From assembly GCA_051362555.1 (NCBI GenBank), contig CM120641.1, forward strand, positions 31,130,401 to 31,194,400: 64,000 nucleotides of DNA. Reading direction: 5' to 3'. The notes below the pieces were generated by a model, which did not search any database, was not told the DNA's origin, and saw only the letters and a list, made by a program, of their open reading frames with translations. Of this stretch, positions 48,507-61,863 are shown one piece after another (the first letter of the stretch is position 1; every line of letters begins with the position of its first letter). The translations under genes were made by a program, and so were the position numbers. Source of the DNA: Lingula anatina (Eukaryota; Animalia; Brachiopoda).

Positions 48507-49765
48507 CTAACTCGATTTCTCAATACCTGGACAAATAAAACCCCGTGTTCTACCATTATCCATACTCAAGAAACGTATACCTTTCATGTAGTCTAAAATA
48601 TCTGCCGTGCTTGGCCCTAATAGCCCAACTTCTTCCACTGAGGGAGTGGGTGTAGTTGCAGAGTTGCTGTCAGTGTCACCTAGACTGAGTAGGTAATCTG
48701 AAGAAGAGACGCAAACGGTTATGCAAAGATATTGATCAAATTGATACATCCGACTTGTAACGTTTTGTCGGAAACATAATATCTTTTCAGACACATATCA
48801 TCATGGTATCTTGTTGAAGACGAACTTGGCTGCTTAAAGACCTCAGTTTAATACGTAAAAAAACATCGATGTTTAAGGTAAATAAATTCAGGTGGCATAT
48901 TCGTATTTAACATTAAGGTTAGGATAACAATAACAAGGAGACAAAGTATAAATACAATGCACAGTCTTGCACTGCAAGTGCTGCTTGCACAAATGAGGCA
49001 TTAATTAAAATTTATAAATGGACTACATGCCCTACAGACAAACACTGGTATCAAATTGTTATAGTCTGAAAATCTGGAAGACAAGCTATTGAACAGAGTC
49101 AAGGTGCTCCAAACAGATGAAACCTAATAGCAAAGACATTTTCTTCGCTTAATAACTGATACTGGGTCATCATCCCCCTTTTATTCATTGTCAGTATTTC
49201 ACTCAAGAAGGTAACTTGAGAGACACTACAAAATATTAGAGAGGAATGACTGTAATCTAAGCCATTTCTTTTTCTAAACTATCGCAGCAGAAAAGCAATT
49301 CAGCAAGAGAGCTGGTGAAACTCCTTACCAAAATATCACCACTGTCAGTGTATTTAGAGACAGGATAAATACCGCATGGTTCGTTATCGAATATTATGTC
49401 AGCCGGCAAATGCGTACGTAATGTGTAACATTTCAATTGTGCCAGACGGCAGTGTGACCCATAACTCAGGCAACGGTTATAACCAGTTAATAGTAAATAA
49501 AGATATGTCATTTTTGCTACTTGGGTTCACGTCACAAATGGCGCGATATCAGGTGATCGTATTTTGTGATCACCCATTTCAGAATAAAACCACAAGAAAA
49601 TACGGTGCCCCAAGAAAGCACGGGGTAAGGACACACATAGAGCATGACCAAAAAACAAAAACATGCACCAATGCTGCGTGGGTAAATTTCATCCAAACAT
49701 CCAAGAAAGAATCTGAAAACAACCCAATTACTGTTGAGTGACACACCTAAATAGACCTGCGCTAA
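48507..49765 (-). pseudogene. Possible heavily decayed, intronless rhodopsin-class GPCR
   Basis: Across frames and in order: NSNWVVF, FLVMLYVCP...SWGTVFSC, T*YRAIC, NWL*PLPEL, LCIVFILCLLVIVIL, LNTNMPPEFIYLKHRCF, then an S/T-rich tail. Many stops. Confidence 0.3.
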
Positions 49766-52188
49766 AACAAGGCGGCAAAGCTGTACAGCAAAAAGCCGAA
49801 AATAACGATGCACAAAAGAGGCTAGGCCTACTGTCAATTCTGATACAATTATACAATCGCCGTTTCGTTTACCATTGTTCAGCATAGCTGGTCACTTGCA
49901 GACCAACTGACCCCTACATCTAATTCTCTGGCAGGACCCTATAGAGACTCCAAAGACAGCCCGGGAAATCCAACTTACTGAATATTAAAAGTCTTCTCTC
50001 TATATAGTTTACACTAGGCAAAGCGCATAAATTACAACTACATCAAAAGTGATTTCTGTAAGAAAAAATATTAAAGCCAAGTAAAATACATTACTAGTCC
50101 TTCAACACTACTAAACCGAGGCTGATTATAACTAAAACGCGGAAAACAGTATATTTAATGTTAGATAGATATGCTGACCTCCTGAAATAAAAGAAAGACA
50201 TTACCCCTGAATGTTAAAATTAAGGCTCTGTCACGTATCGTATGGGGCATGATACGGACAACATTCAGCGTATAAATTTATCATTTATCAGCCTGTGTCC
50301 ACCGTATTACAATGAAGTAGTCAGCATATGAGATTGTTTTTGAAGATGCTCAAAACATGTCACTTTCCTCCTGGTATGCGAATGTACACCAACGTTTGTT
50401 TGTATTCTCGAGACGTATAAGACGTGTTTACAAGTCTAACAAACCCCTTGCGCTTGTCTACGTATGAGCACTTTTTCTCATATGTGTGTGCTATACGCAA
50501 GGTGTCACAATGCCTTAATGAACACCAACCGAAGGCATTGGGCGCATGCTATGAAAACAGCTACCAGCTGTTCAAAAGAACACGCGGCCTTTTGATATAT
50601 GTAGCTTCAAACCATTCCTCACATCAATACACGGTATTCAGACTTGATTGAACTAAGATACCCTCGCCCTTTCACAATAGGAAAGTTGCTACAGGGACCA
50701 CGTTACAATTTGGAGGGTGCATGAGCGATCCGAGTACACAATCGATAAGGTGTGTGCATATTTAGGCACTAGGGGTGGATGCCTCCTTACAGGTCAAAAT
50801 AGTTCTCCTAACTGCGGGCAAAAATTTGGAATATATCCGCTGCATAATTTACCTCTGTACTAGTACAGTTATCCCCGTTTCTAGGGTAGCCATATGTCGC
50901 GCTACAGGGATTAAACTGAAAATTAGGTTATACAAGTTTCAGTTAATTGTGTCGAATTCAGTGTCAACATAGAGTACTACACTGCGTGGCAGTCCTGATC
51001 CCGGCGTCTACAGACATTGGACACTTTTTTTACCATGCTAAGTCTCGGTTTAAAGGAAATCCGACCCTAACTGTCCCTATTCATGTGTCCCTCCTGCCAG
51101 TGTAGCCAGATTGCATTGGACCTGATTTTTTTAATGCCTGAACTCAAAGCTAAGAAATACTAATAAAAAGCATAAGCAGTGGAGGTAGTTACAAGTACGT
51201 AGGACTTGTCAATCTACCCTCCACATTCCTATGTAGAGCCATGATCTCTACTCCTATCAAAACAAAGCGAGGAGTGACAGCAGAATCCTACATCATAAAT
51301 GGAACATTTACGGGAATTCAAAATATGTTCTCTTCTTACCTTCAAAATGCTCGTACTGTATGTTCGTAGCTGCTCTGATTGCCACTATATCCCTGCAAAA
51401 CATCAGTAAGGACAGTAAACGTAGCGTCCAAAGAAAAACACCGCATTTCGTCATCTTCCTTGTATATTTGGCCTTGCAGGTTGCTCAACTGGAGTGGACT
51501 GACTTAACGCATTTACATGTGAATATTTTATACCAGCACGGACAGAGAGAAGCCCCGCCCCTTTTGTTGCTGAACGCAACAATAGACACGGAACGCTTGC
51601 CGAGCACAACACAAGCACGTGGGATTATAGCTTAAAACTTAATGCTAACTCAGAATATTTAATACTTCAAATCATTTAAACCATCTCATTAACTGAAAAA
51701 ACACTGCCAAGTAAGGAAATATATAGTTTGGATGGAGGGATTAATTTGCACGATTGCGATTGAATGCAATCTTTAGCGTAAGTGATCATGGACTGCATCA
51801 CATCTCAGCACCGTAAATTCTGGTGAGAGGTCGTATGTCGAGTGGTCCGATCCTCTCCGCCAATCAAACGCTCCCTCCGCAAACGCTGGGACAGTTGCGG
51901 ACTTTATTCACCCCACTGATACGTGTAACACGTGCACTTGTCCAATTACTCTTATCCGTCTAATGCTATGTCCCGGTTTGGACAACCTTATTTTCAGTAA
52001 CTGCGTGGTACAGGAAGCGAACCTTTATGTCGTTTCACTGTCTATAAACCTCTGTCCTCACTAGTAACCTATATTAAATGCAATACAGATTTATATAGCT
52101 GCTTTCGAGGTAAATGAAGCCTGAAAACGTGAAAGGAGGTCATGCTGTTGGAGCCTATGTGTCATTGTCAGCTTACTTAAAAAAAGAC

Positions 52189-52232
52189 GTGTGTGTGTTT
52201 GTGTGTGTGTGTGCGTTTGTGTGTGTGCGTGT
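52189..52232. repeat. Imperfect (GT)n microsatellite
   Basis: Visible GT run. Confidence 0.85.
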
Positions 52233-52377
52233 GAGAGAAAGATGGGAGAGTAAAATCACATGATTATCTCTACTCATCAAGACATGCGTCAACACATTCT
52301 TTCCTTATGCGCTTAGATGATATGGAAATAAACACCGGTGAAAATTGCTTACTCAAGCTGATGATGCAACAGCGGCG

Positions 52378-52411
<34 letters not shown>

Positions 52412-54511
52412 CAAAACGTAACTTCTTCCCCGTTTAGTACCCTACAAAAGTACCAAAGTCTGGTGCCAGAAATTTTCTGAAAAGGTTTACTACTGATTCT
52501 ATCATTTAAGAAAGAATACCTTTAACGCTTTGTCACCTTCCGAGCGTAGTAAGGTAAATAAATTGAATAAAGAAACAAAAAGGGATTTTGTACTCTAAAA
52601 GTGCTTCTTTTTATTTTAATTTAATGAAAAGTATATTTCACTTTAAAAAAGAGAAAAAGCTGTTTTGTCACGTATAAGTCACTTAACGTCTGCCAACTTT
52701 GCCAAGTAATGCAGTCAATGTTTTTGAGGTGTGTCGCCGCGTGTCACAGTCCAGAGAAGGAAATGACAATAAAGCTGATCCTTTTCTCAGACAGTCATTT
52801 TGCTATAAATTTTACTATTAGTTGCATGTTTATGTCCTTGTTGTGTTATTGGCTGCATGCCATTTTCTTTGTTCGACTAAGGAATAAGTTGTGATGTTTT
52901 CCAGGTTTATTAGCATTACATAAGATAAACTAGCATTGTTTTGGGAACTTGTTTTACATTTGCTTCATGAATACTAAATATGTGGTATATTTGTAGTGAC
53001 AGTGTGCTAACTTAGTTTTTCTGCCCCACTGCTGTGACTTGTGTGGCTGCCCTAGTTTCTTCAAAATTTAACTAGAGGATCAGAGAGACGATACCGCCTC
53101 CAGATATTGTACCACCAGATGGAGTAAGCGCATTCGTATGGGAAACCCCCCAAAAAAGGGACACCACCACCACCAGTCTTATGCTTGACAAGCTCTATAA
53201 AATACAATCAACAAGAGTTCTCAAAATATGGAAAAAAAATTAAATAAAAATGGTACAATCAAGCAGATTTTCGAATTGACCTGTATTTTCCTAATATTGA
53301 TCACTCCTGTGATTCTCTAGACAGTAAGCCTATTTGTTTTCCTTGAAATGTGTTTTCAATGTTGCATATATGCTGACAAAAGAAAAAACCCAGGAGCAAC
53401 ACTGGGCATATCTCTGCTAGTTTTGAAGATATGAGGGGCAAGAAAATATGCAAAACTCAGTTCATGAAGAAAAAGTAGGTCAAAGGTCAATTTCATTGTC
53501 ACAGTATATGACTTCCTATTCAAGTTCAATAGTAACCATGGGCATTTCTTTGCCAATTTTGGAGATTTTAAGGCCAGAAAACATGCAAAAAGCAGTTCAT
53601 CGTAAAAAGTAGGTTAAAGGTCAATTTCAAGGTCACAGTTAGATAGCCAGTCTATGACTTCCCATTCAACAGCAACTTTGGGTGTATCTCTGCCGGTTTT
53701 TGAGATAGAAGGGATAGAAAATTTGCAAAGATCAGTTCATGGTGAAAATTAGGTCAAAGGTTAATTTCAGGGTCACAGTTAAATTGCCAGTATATGACTA
53801 TTGATATTCAATAGTAACTATGGGTGTATCTTTGCCAGTTTTTGAGATATTTTAATATCTCAAAAGATCAAAAATTTGCAAATTGAAATTTATCATGAAA
53901 AACAGGTCAAAGGCCAATTTCAAGGTCACAGTAAGATTACCAGTATATGACTTCCTATTCAACTTCAATAGTAACTATGGACCTATCTCTGCCAGTTTTG
54001 GAGATAAAAGGGAAGGGAAATTTGCAAAGTTCAGTTCATGGTGAAAATAAGGCCAAAGGTCAATTTCAGGGTCACAGTTAGATTGCCAGTATATGACTTC
54101 CTATTCAAGTTTAATAGTAACTACAGGTATGTGCATATTTTTGCCAGTTTTGGAGATATAATTAAAGATAAGAAAATTTGCAAAGTGCGGTTTATCATGA
54201 AAAAAAGGCCAAATGTCAATTTCAAGGTCACAGTAAAACTACCAGCACATGACTTTCTATTCAACTTAATATATAACTAATATATATAACCTATCTCTGC
54301 CAGTTTTGGAGTTCGAAGGGAAAGAAATTTGCAAAGTTCAGTTTAACATGAAAAAAGATCAAAGGTCAATTTCAAGGTCACACTTAGATTGCCAGTATAT
54401 GACTTCCTATTCAAGGTCAATTGATCTTTTTCATCTTTTGCGGAAATAAGAAGTGCGCGTGACAGGAACCGCGCGCCACAGGGGTGATTGATGTCCTCTG
54501 CTGTTTCCAGC

Positions 54512-54630
54512 ATGGCACTGTTAGGTGTAGATGATGTACAGGGTGCGCATATAAATAGGCCGTTTGAAGCGTGCACTGCTTTGTGTCAAACTAAAAAGGT
54601 GGCTGAAGCACAGAAATGGGCCAACTGAAA
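54512..54630 (+). pseudogene. N-terminal SAP-like segment of the ISL2EU second gene
   Basis: MALLGVDDVQGAHINRPFEACT...LKRWLKHRNGPT, resembling D+PGA...QLKRWL.CRG. Confidence 0.55.
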
Positions 54631-55789
54631 ACAGCTATTTGGACGGAGAATCGAGCAATTAAATGTTTTATTTCTCAGTTAGATGCGATGCGCTGTACAA
54701 CTAGACTTCACCTAAGCGTCCGAGCCTTTGCTGCACTTTCTTTAGTGATGACGAACTATAGTTTCTGAGTTCTTTTAAATGCTTCCAACAATAAAGATAT
54801 GCGAAAGAGACACGTTATATATTATTTTATAAAATCAAAATAGCCAGTAAACTCGTACACAGCTTTCTTGTGTATGAACAGATACGTGCGCCTTCATAAT
54901 ATTACATGTATATATGCTAGCTGTGGCGATATCACTTCATTTACTAACATGTGTACATGTACCGGTAGTATCAATTCATTACGATTTTTATGTCTTGTTT
55001 GAAGGATGTCTCAAGAGATTTTTGAAATAATAAAATGAAAAGATTCCCTGCATTGCTTGACTCGTACCTGTGTATACAGGTAAAACTGACACGCAGATTG
55101 TTCGTCGGTTAACTGATTAAATCTATTGGTACCTGATAAAGCTTCAGGTGTTACTTGTTCAATGGTTCGGTAAGAGGGGCGGCCACAACTACGACTTTCC
55201 TCTGTAATTAAAACCTTTTAATTTTGTGTGTTAAATAGGTGAGACAGGAATTTTCGACTCCTCTCCAGACGATAATTACACTGTTTACCGTGTGTTACAC
55301 TGGTATATGTACAAAATTTACGACAGGTAAAAATGTTAGACTTTCTGTCTGACAAGTGTGAAAATTTTGTCTAACTGAAACAAAACCGTCAGACCAAGAC
55401 CAAAAAAAAAAATAAAAATAAAACCCACCCTACTAAGGGTTATGAGAGACTAAAACCTGTGATACTACATTTAAAATTATCACTTAACAATGAAACACAT
55501 AAAAACGGATATTAAATATAAAACTTTTCAAACCCTCTTTTTGTTGTTATACAAGAAGTCGTGAAAGTTCTTGAATTCTTTGTAAGTAGAAACCCCGTAA
55601 AAAACTTAACAGCTTTTAGTTTCTTTTTCCATAACTTCATGCTTAAAGTCTTTTTTTTTTCTTTTTAGGCCCCTGTTCAATTTTTTCTTCAGATCTTCAT
55701 AATGTTTTCTTTTCGCGCATTGTTTTCCCCCCGAGTTCCATTTGCCGATACTTCGTTAGATCCGTTGATTTACTTTTATGATTCCTAAT

Positions 55790-55987
55790 ATTGAAGAGTT
55801 TTCCCCGCCTTCAAAATGTTCGGCGCAAACGCGGTGCTCTGCTTTTGATCCAAACCTGCTACATTTTCCTTTCTCTCTACCATATTTTTCATTCTAACGG
55901 GTTTGTTGGGAACTTATTAAAACTTATGTGTCGATCTCGCTTACTGTTATTTTAGCAGCGGGACACAAAGCACGTAAACCCAGGCAT
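55790..55987 (-). pseudogene. THAP domain remnant
   Basis: MPGFTCFVSRC*NNSKRDRHISFNKFP...IW...HRVCAEHFEGG, with stops and a frameshift. Confidence 0.75.
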
Positions 55988-57894
55988 GGTTTTCAGCACC
56001 GCTGTAAGTGTTTCGACATAGCAAGGACTCACTTTCCCACAAGGCAATTTCCATTTCCGGAAAAGATGAAAAAGGTCTATAGTAACTATAGGTGTTTCTT
56101 TGCCAGTTTTGATTATATAAGGGACTTAAATGTTGCAAAGTTCAGTTCATGGCGAAAAGTAGGTCAAAGGTTAATTATAAGGTCACAGTTAGATTGCCAG
56201 TATATGACTTCCTATTCAACATCGATAGTAACTATGGACCTACATGTATCTCTGCCAGTTTTGGAGACATAAGGGACTAAATGTTACAATTTTGGAGTTA
56301 CAATAATGTTCCATAAATTTCCTACAAAAGAAATTAATTGAAATAAAGAAAAAGTCATTATGGTTGAAATTCTTGAAATGGGAGATGCTCAGAAGTTTTG
56401 CTTTCACCACCACAATGTACTTTTTGATACAGCATAACTCGTAAACCGTATGGAAAAAACGGAGACCACTTTCAGTGTTGGGCTTGACATGATCTACAAA
56501 ATGCACAAAAAAAAGGTCTCTAGCATTAACGGTTCCCGAAATAGAGACAGTTATCAGTTTCGGTATCTAATGGCCGCTGCTCCCGCTCAGCATAATTTTT
56601 TTTTTTTTTTTTTTTTTGAAAATTTTGGCCCGTTTCACCTTGAAATAAAGGTCAAAGGTCCAATCCAAGGGTATATTTGAAATCTCCACATATGACTTTC
56701 GGTCAGCCGTCTGTAGAAATTTCTTCCATAATTCCTTCGGTATGGTAGATATTTAGCATTTAATTTTGCCAGTTTTGGACAAGGGTGCATTGCGACGAGC
56801 ACCACACCTAGACCCAAGCACCGACGAAGACCAAATTTTTACGTGGAACGAGTTGAGATTATTCGCGACCTAAATCCAAGAGATGGGTACGCAGGCCCTT
56901 GTAGTCTAGGAGGAGAAGCGGTAACGATAACATGGCGGAGGAGCCGGCGGAACGATCCGGACGGGACTAAAACCATGTGTACCGCCAGCGCCTATACGCT
57001 GGTGGTACAATAATGGCACGCGTTTGGTTTGGCTAAATTTTCTGAGATGGTGAGAAGGCAGACGCCGTCACCATTCCTCTGTCTCCCTCTGTAATAAGGG
57101 CAACTTACTAACATCTTTACTAATTTATGGGACATTTATGGGACACTGAGCACTTTTCGAAATCCATAATGGTTGCCAATTTTTACGTAAATTTACATAA
57201 ACATTCATAACGATTTACATCTGTATACTTACTATACAGTGCGTGTATATTCTTCATTTTGAAGTCTATTTGCACGTTCATAAATACAAAGGTGTACATT
57301 GGGATTTTCTTTTACATAATCTGCAAGTCATTTTCATAGAAATAGCAAAATTGCCGTCGAAACGGTATGGAAAAGGCAGGTAAAAAGATGGTTAATTACA
57401 TTTTTTTCAACTGAAAAAGACCTTAAATGAATGAAATCTGCATAAGCATTGTATGTGAGTAAAATAATACGCCTGTGGTCATTGCAGGCCATAATAACAC
57501 AGATTGGTTGACTATATGTTAAAAAAGGAAAAGAAATGTGTTCGTCAAAGTTCTTCTACGGTTAACCAGTTAGTCATCTCTGATGTCAGCAGTAAGCCCT
57601 TCATGTTTGAAAAATAAGGCTACTGACCAATGCAAGACATTTCCAACTTTGATTAGATTTTTGATTAGGCTTTTCCTCAGCGAACCGTCCAGCCGTCATT
57701 TTAGTCGAGTCGCCACTCCCATAGGCCAAATAGTCGAACCCTGCAATGTCCTTTCCTGTAAACTTTTTTTTTTGCTGAAATGCATTCTTCAGGCCGAGAG
57801 AAGCAAAATTAGCGTGGTTGCTATTTCCGAGACATTGTGCATTTTTCAATATGGCCGGCAATTTATGAGGAAAATTTGAAAAACGACCAGTTTG

Positions 57895-58258
57895 TCATCA
57901 ACATAACTCAAAACGTTATGGATGAATTTCGACGGAAATTCAGGGTAGGTCAGAAATGGGTTAACTTAGAAGTCATTAGTTTTTGGTGGTGTTCCGGATC
58001 AATAATCAATCAATAATCAGAAAATGAAAAAAAACTAAGTTATGAACTGATTTTGATGAATTTTTCAGGAACTGTTAGAAGTGGGACATGGAACAGAAGA
58101 TAAGTTTTTGGTGGTGATCCGGATCAATAATCGATTAATAATAAAAAATAAAAAAAAAACTAAATCATTATAGAATGAAAATTTAAGGGCAAAACGGCAT
58201 TGTATGGAGACTTTGCTGCCTTGGCGGAGGTCTGCGCTCTCTGAGTGCTTTTTTAGTT
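57895..58258 (+). mobile_element. HINE family C 3' portion
   Basis: Two internal units with TCCGGATCAATAATC; ends GCCTTGGCGGAGGTCTGCGCTCTCTGAGTGCTTTTTTAGTT. Confidence 0.65.
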
Positions 58259-58355
58259 AACTATGGTGCGCGCTCGGCTGACAGCAATTTAGCGTGAACA
58301 CCCAGGGAGTTAGGTCGATCCAGATGGGTCGATCTAAATCTCTGGGAATGCAGTC
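58257..58355 (-). mobile_element. TWA-targeting MITE, copy 7 (partial)
   Basis: Half copy, truncated at the HINE family C end. Confidence 0.8.
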
Positions 58356-58652
58356 GAAGTGTCTATGGGCTAGCATGCTTACGTTTGGTACGGGCGCCGT
58401 ACCATTTCTCCCACATGACCTTGAAGTTAAGTAATGGACGCCCCACGAGTAGGGACATATGGGCAATACATGGACATCATACGGACATCGTATACGACAA
58501 ATGAAACTTAAGATTGGATATTTGGTAAATTTTTAATATATTTGGTCTGGAATTATGCGTACAATTTTTTAAATGTTAGCGGGCGCACCTGAGAGAAATT
58601 TCAGTCTCATATTTTTATTATTATCAAAAACTATTTGGGCGCGCGCGTGTTT

Positions 58653-58683
<31 letters not shown>

Positions 58684-59119
58684 GCTCCTTTAAAAGGGTA
58701 ATGAAACGAGATCTGCTCATTGCTCAATCGATTGGTTTCCTAGATTTAATTGTATTGTCACCACAGTCACGTACGTGCAGTGAGTATTACTTGTATATAA
58801 CATATGCCAGTAATGTATTGCCTTCTATATACTACTGCTCTCACCACTACTACTTCATCTTGTAGGGCCACTACTACTTACACTGCCACAGGTATGCTGA
58901 GATGAGTTTCCAGAAGTCTCTTAGATGCTGTTGTATTGGGGACAACCTGAAAATATTTGTTCCCCGTGAGTTAGCGCAACTGTTGTAACGAAGTGATATT
59001 TTTGTGTCTCCCTTCCTCTCCCTTACATCCATCCTCGTTATCCTCCCTCACCCACCCCCCCTCCACACTCCAACACATTCTCCTTCAAACTCTTCAATCA
59101 TTGCAATGCACGTTCATGC

Positions 59120-59278
59120 AAACTCACAACACCACAAACAAAACTCACAACACCAAAAACAATACTCACAACACCAAACAAAACTCACAACACCAAACAA
59201 AACTCACAACACCACAAACAAAACTCACAACACCAAACAATTCACAACACCAAAAACAAAACTCGCAACACCAAACAA
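59120..59278. repeat. 18-20-bp minisatellite
   Basis: About eight AAAACTCACAACACCA(C)AAAC units. Confidence 0.9.
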
Positions 59279-60071
59279 AGAGCTGAGTATCATGTATACC
59301 GTATCATGTCTGCACTATATGAGCACTCAAACTTGACCCACTTCAGTGGCCATTAAAGAATAATCAATCAATTTTCAAGCCTACACATTAAAGAGTAGAA
59401 GCAGTTCCAACCCTTCAAGATGTTAAGTTTGTGTCTTACTTTTTTACACAATAAAGCTTAATTGAGATTTCAGATTCAGCTGTGCGGCTGTTGGGACACG
59501 GTTTTTAAAAATAAAGCTCACCAGTAATGTAGGGTATGGTCCTTGTAGAAATAATAACGTAACGTAGAACAAATTAAGAGTCAACTGTCAATTTCTGAAT
59601 CTATTCCTAAATATCAATCAATCCCAGCTACATTTGAGGATCGCCAATTATTCAAAAATCATGTTTTTCTCATAGTTCTGTCGAAGAACGCTGATTATAT
59701 GATATTCAGGCATCAGTCTCAACTACAGAAGTTGATTAACATGACTTAAACGATTTAACATTCAGAAGCGACGTACGTGTGACTTCTGGATGTTAAGCCT
59801 GAGAAGTGTCTCAAAGTTAGCTTGCAATGGTTTAAGGCCCTTTGATTGAACAACCATATATTCTATCATATTTTAGTTTAAAGGTAAAAACTAAAATAGG
59901 ATAGAAAATATGGTTACTTTGGTTGCTTTGGCAACAACAAGAACGAGGAGCAGTTTAAACACAGAGGCTAGTAGCAAACTTGAGAATCATATTTATTATG
60001 TTTGCACCAGGTGACTATTCCAACTTGAAGAATAATCATTCATTTGTCATACAAAGAATCTAAACAATCTA

Positions 60072-60180
60072 GACAATAGGTGGACAATCAGGCTTACAGA
60101 ATGGACCCCAAGGTATGGACAAAGAAAAAGAGGAAGGCCGGTCAAACGATGGAGGGATGAATTAGATAACTACTGGAAGT
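60072..60180 (+). pseudogene. RTE-clade LINE RT C-terminal fragment
   Basis: DNRWTIRLTEWTPRYGQRKRGRPVKRWRDELDNYW. Confidence 0.75.
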
Positions 60181-60993
60181 CTTAGAAGAAGAAACCTGCT
60201 CAGAAGCGGGGGCATAAAGTACTCGGTCGGGGGGGAAAGAAGGGGGAAAAAGGGGGGAAAAGAAGGGGGAAAGAGGGGGAAAGGGAAAAGAAACTAACAC
60301 TGGTTCAAGTCCAAGCAATGCAATTCTTTTTTTTTCTTTTAATTTCTAATTTTTTTCGATTTTTTTCTGTTTTTAATACACATCATTTATAAATATTTAT
60401 CAAGATTAAAAGAATTTTATATAAAAAATCCAAATACATACATACAAAGAAAAAAATAGAGATATGATTAATGCACCTTTTTTTAATCTTTTTTCTTTCA
60501 CTTTTGAAATTTCTCAATTTTTTTGTTTAATATGTATTATTTATAAATTTTTACCGAGATTAAAAAAATTAGATATAAAAAATCCAAATACGAACATAAA
60601 TACAAAGAAAAAATAGAGATATGATTAATGCATTTTTATCCTAGAATGCAGCATTTTTTTCCTTTCAATTTTGAAATTTCTGGATTTTTTTCTGTATTTA
60701 ATACACATTATTTGTAAATTTTTTCCAAGATTAAAAAAAAAATTAGGTCATATTTCTAGATTTCTACTAATTTTTTAAGGGATTCTGGTTTTAATAATTT
60801 TTAAGGACTGAGGATAGGGATAATACCATGCATTCATAGAAAAAGAGATGTTAATAAAATTTGTTTTCTTAATTATTTCTGATTGCTTTTCTGTATTTTA
60901 GGACATCATTCCTGAGGATTTTCTAGAAATAAAATTAAAAGAATAAATCTAGTCATGAATATAAAAAACAGAGACATGGATAATTTATATATT

Positions 60994-61806
60994 GTTATTA
61001 TTTTTAACTTACAAAACCCCATTCAATATAAGTATCAATTTACATGACATTTAATCAACACAACTTAAAAAATCCTAAACATAACAGCAGTAGATTTGTT
61101 ATTATTTCTTACTTACAAAAATCCATTCAATATAAGTATCAATTTACATGACATTTAATCAACATAACTTAAAAAAAAACTAAACATGACAGCAGTAGTG
61201 CCGTTATTATTTCTAACTTACAAAAACCCATTAAATAAAAGTATAAATTTACATGACATTTAATCAACACAACTTAAAAAACTAATTATGACAGCAGCAG
61301 AGTTGCGAATCATCTTCTCAATTTCACAGAGATGATGTGCATCATGTTGAATGATTATGATAAACAAAGGAGTCCTTGGCCATACCTAGAACAACAGTCT
61401 GTCCTGTCTGGAAGATGGACAAGTTTTATTACATTTCAGAAGTTTTCTGGGTGCAGGGGTACCTGCCGCTTCTCCTGCCATAAACAGAATCCTGGAAGGA
61501 ATATGTATAAAACTATGTGCAAATTACAGAAACCCTAGGAAGAGGGGGATGTTACTGGATGGAACAAGGTCACCTACACCTTAATCAGCCAGGCAGTCCT
61601 GGACAAAAGTACAGAAACCCTAGAATAAATCCATTTGAGTATCAATTTACCTGAACTTTAATTTAATTAACTTAAAAAAACCCTTAAGATGACAGCAGTA
61701 GAGCTGTTATTATTTCTAAGTTACAAAAATCCAAGTATCAAATTAAATGGCATCTAATCAACACAACTTTAAGAAAAATAACTAAACCTAAATCTGACAG
61801 CAGTAG
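60994..61806 (+). repeat. AT-rich ~105-bp tandem array, interrupted by an inverted gene fragment
   Basis: Units ...AGTATCAATTTACATGACATTTAATCAACACAACTTAAAAAA...GACAGCAGTAG at 60994-61300 and 61630-61806. Confidence 0.8.
61307..61602 (+). repeat. Inverted, internally deleted copy of ~62786-63320
   Basis: Colinear reverse-complement match with several deletions. Confidence 0.85.
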
Positions 61807-61863
61807 ACAAACAATTTTCAACAATTTTTATTTATTTATATTTTTTAAAAGCACTGTTTTGTT

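Larger units (their letters stand above)
54422..56078. mobile_element. Internally deleted ISL2EU-type transposon, copy 2 (different family from copy 1)
   Basis: 26-bp TIR TGATCTTTTTCATCTTTTGCGGAAAT / rc AGACCTTTTTCATCTTTTCCGGAAAT. AT TSD. Removal restores the TTCAAT|AGTAACTA-type unit. Convergent gene starts at both ends. Confidence 0.85.
53070..57013 (-). mobile_element. Full-length HINE family B copy interrupted by ISL2EU-2
   Basis: Reverse complement of both ends and of the internal array of 34736-36775. Confidence 0.85.

Noticed and set aside
58993-59336. Thr/His/Gln-rich ORFs
   Set aside because: Translations of the 18-20-bp minisatellite.
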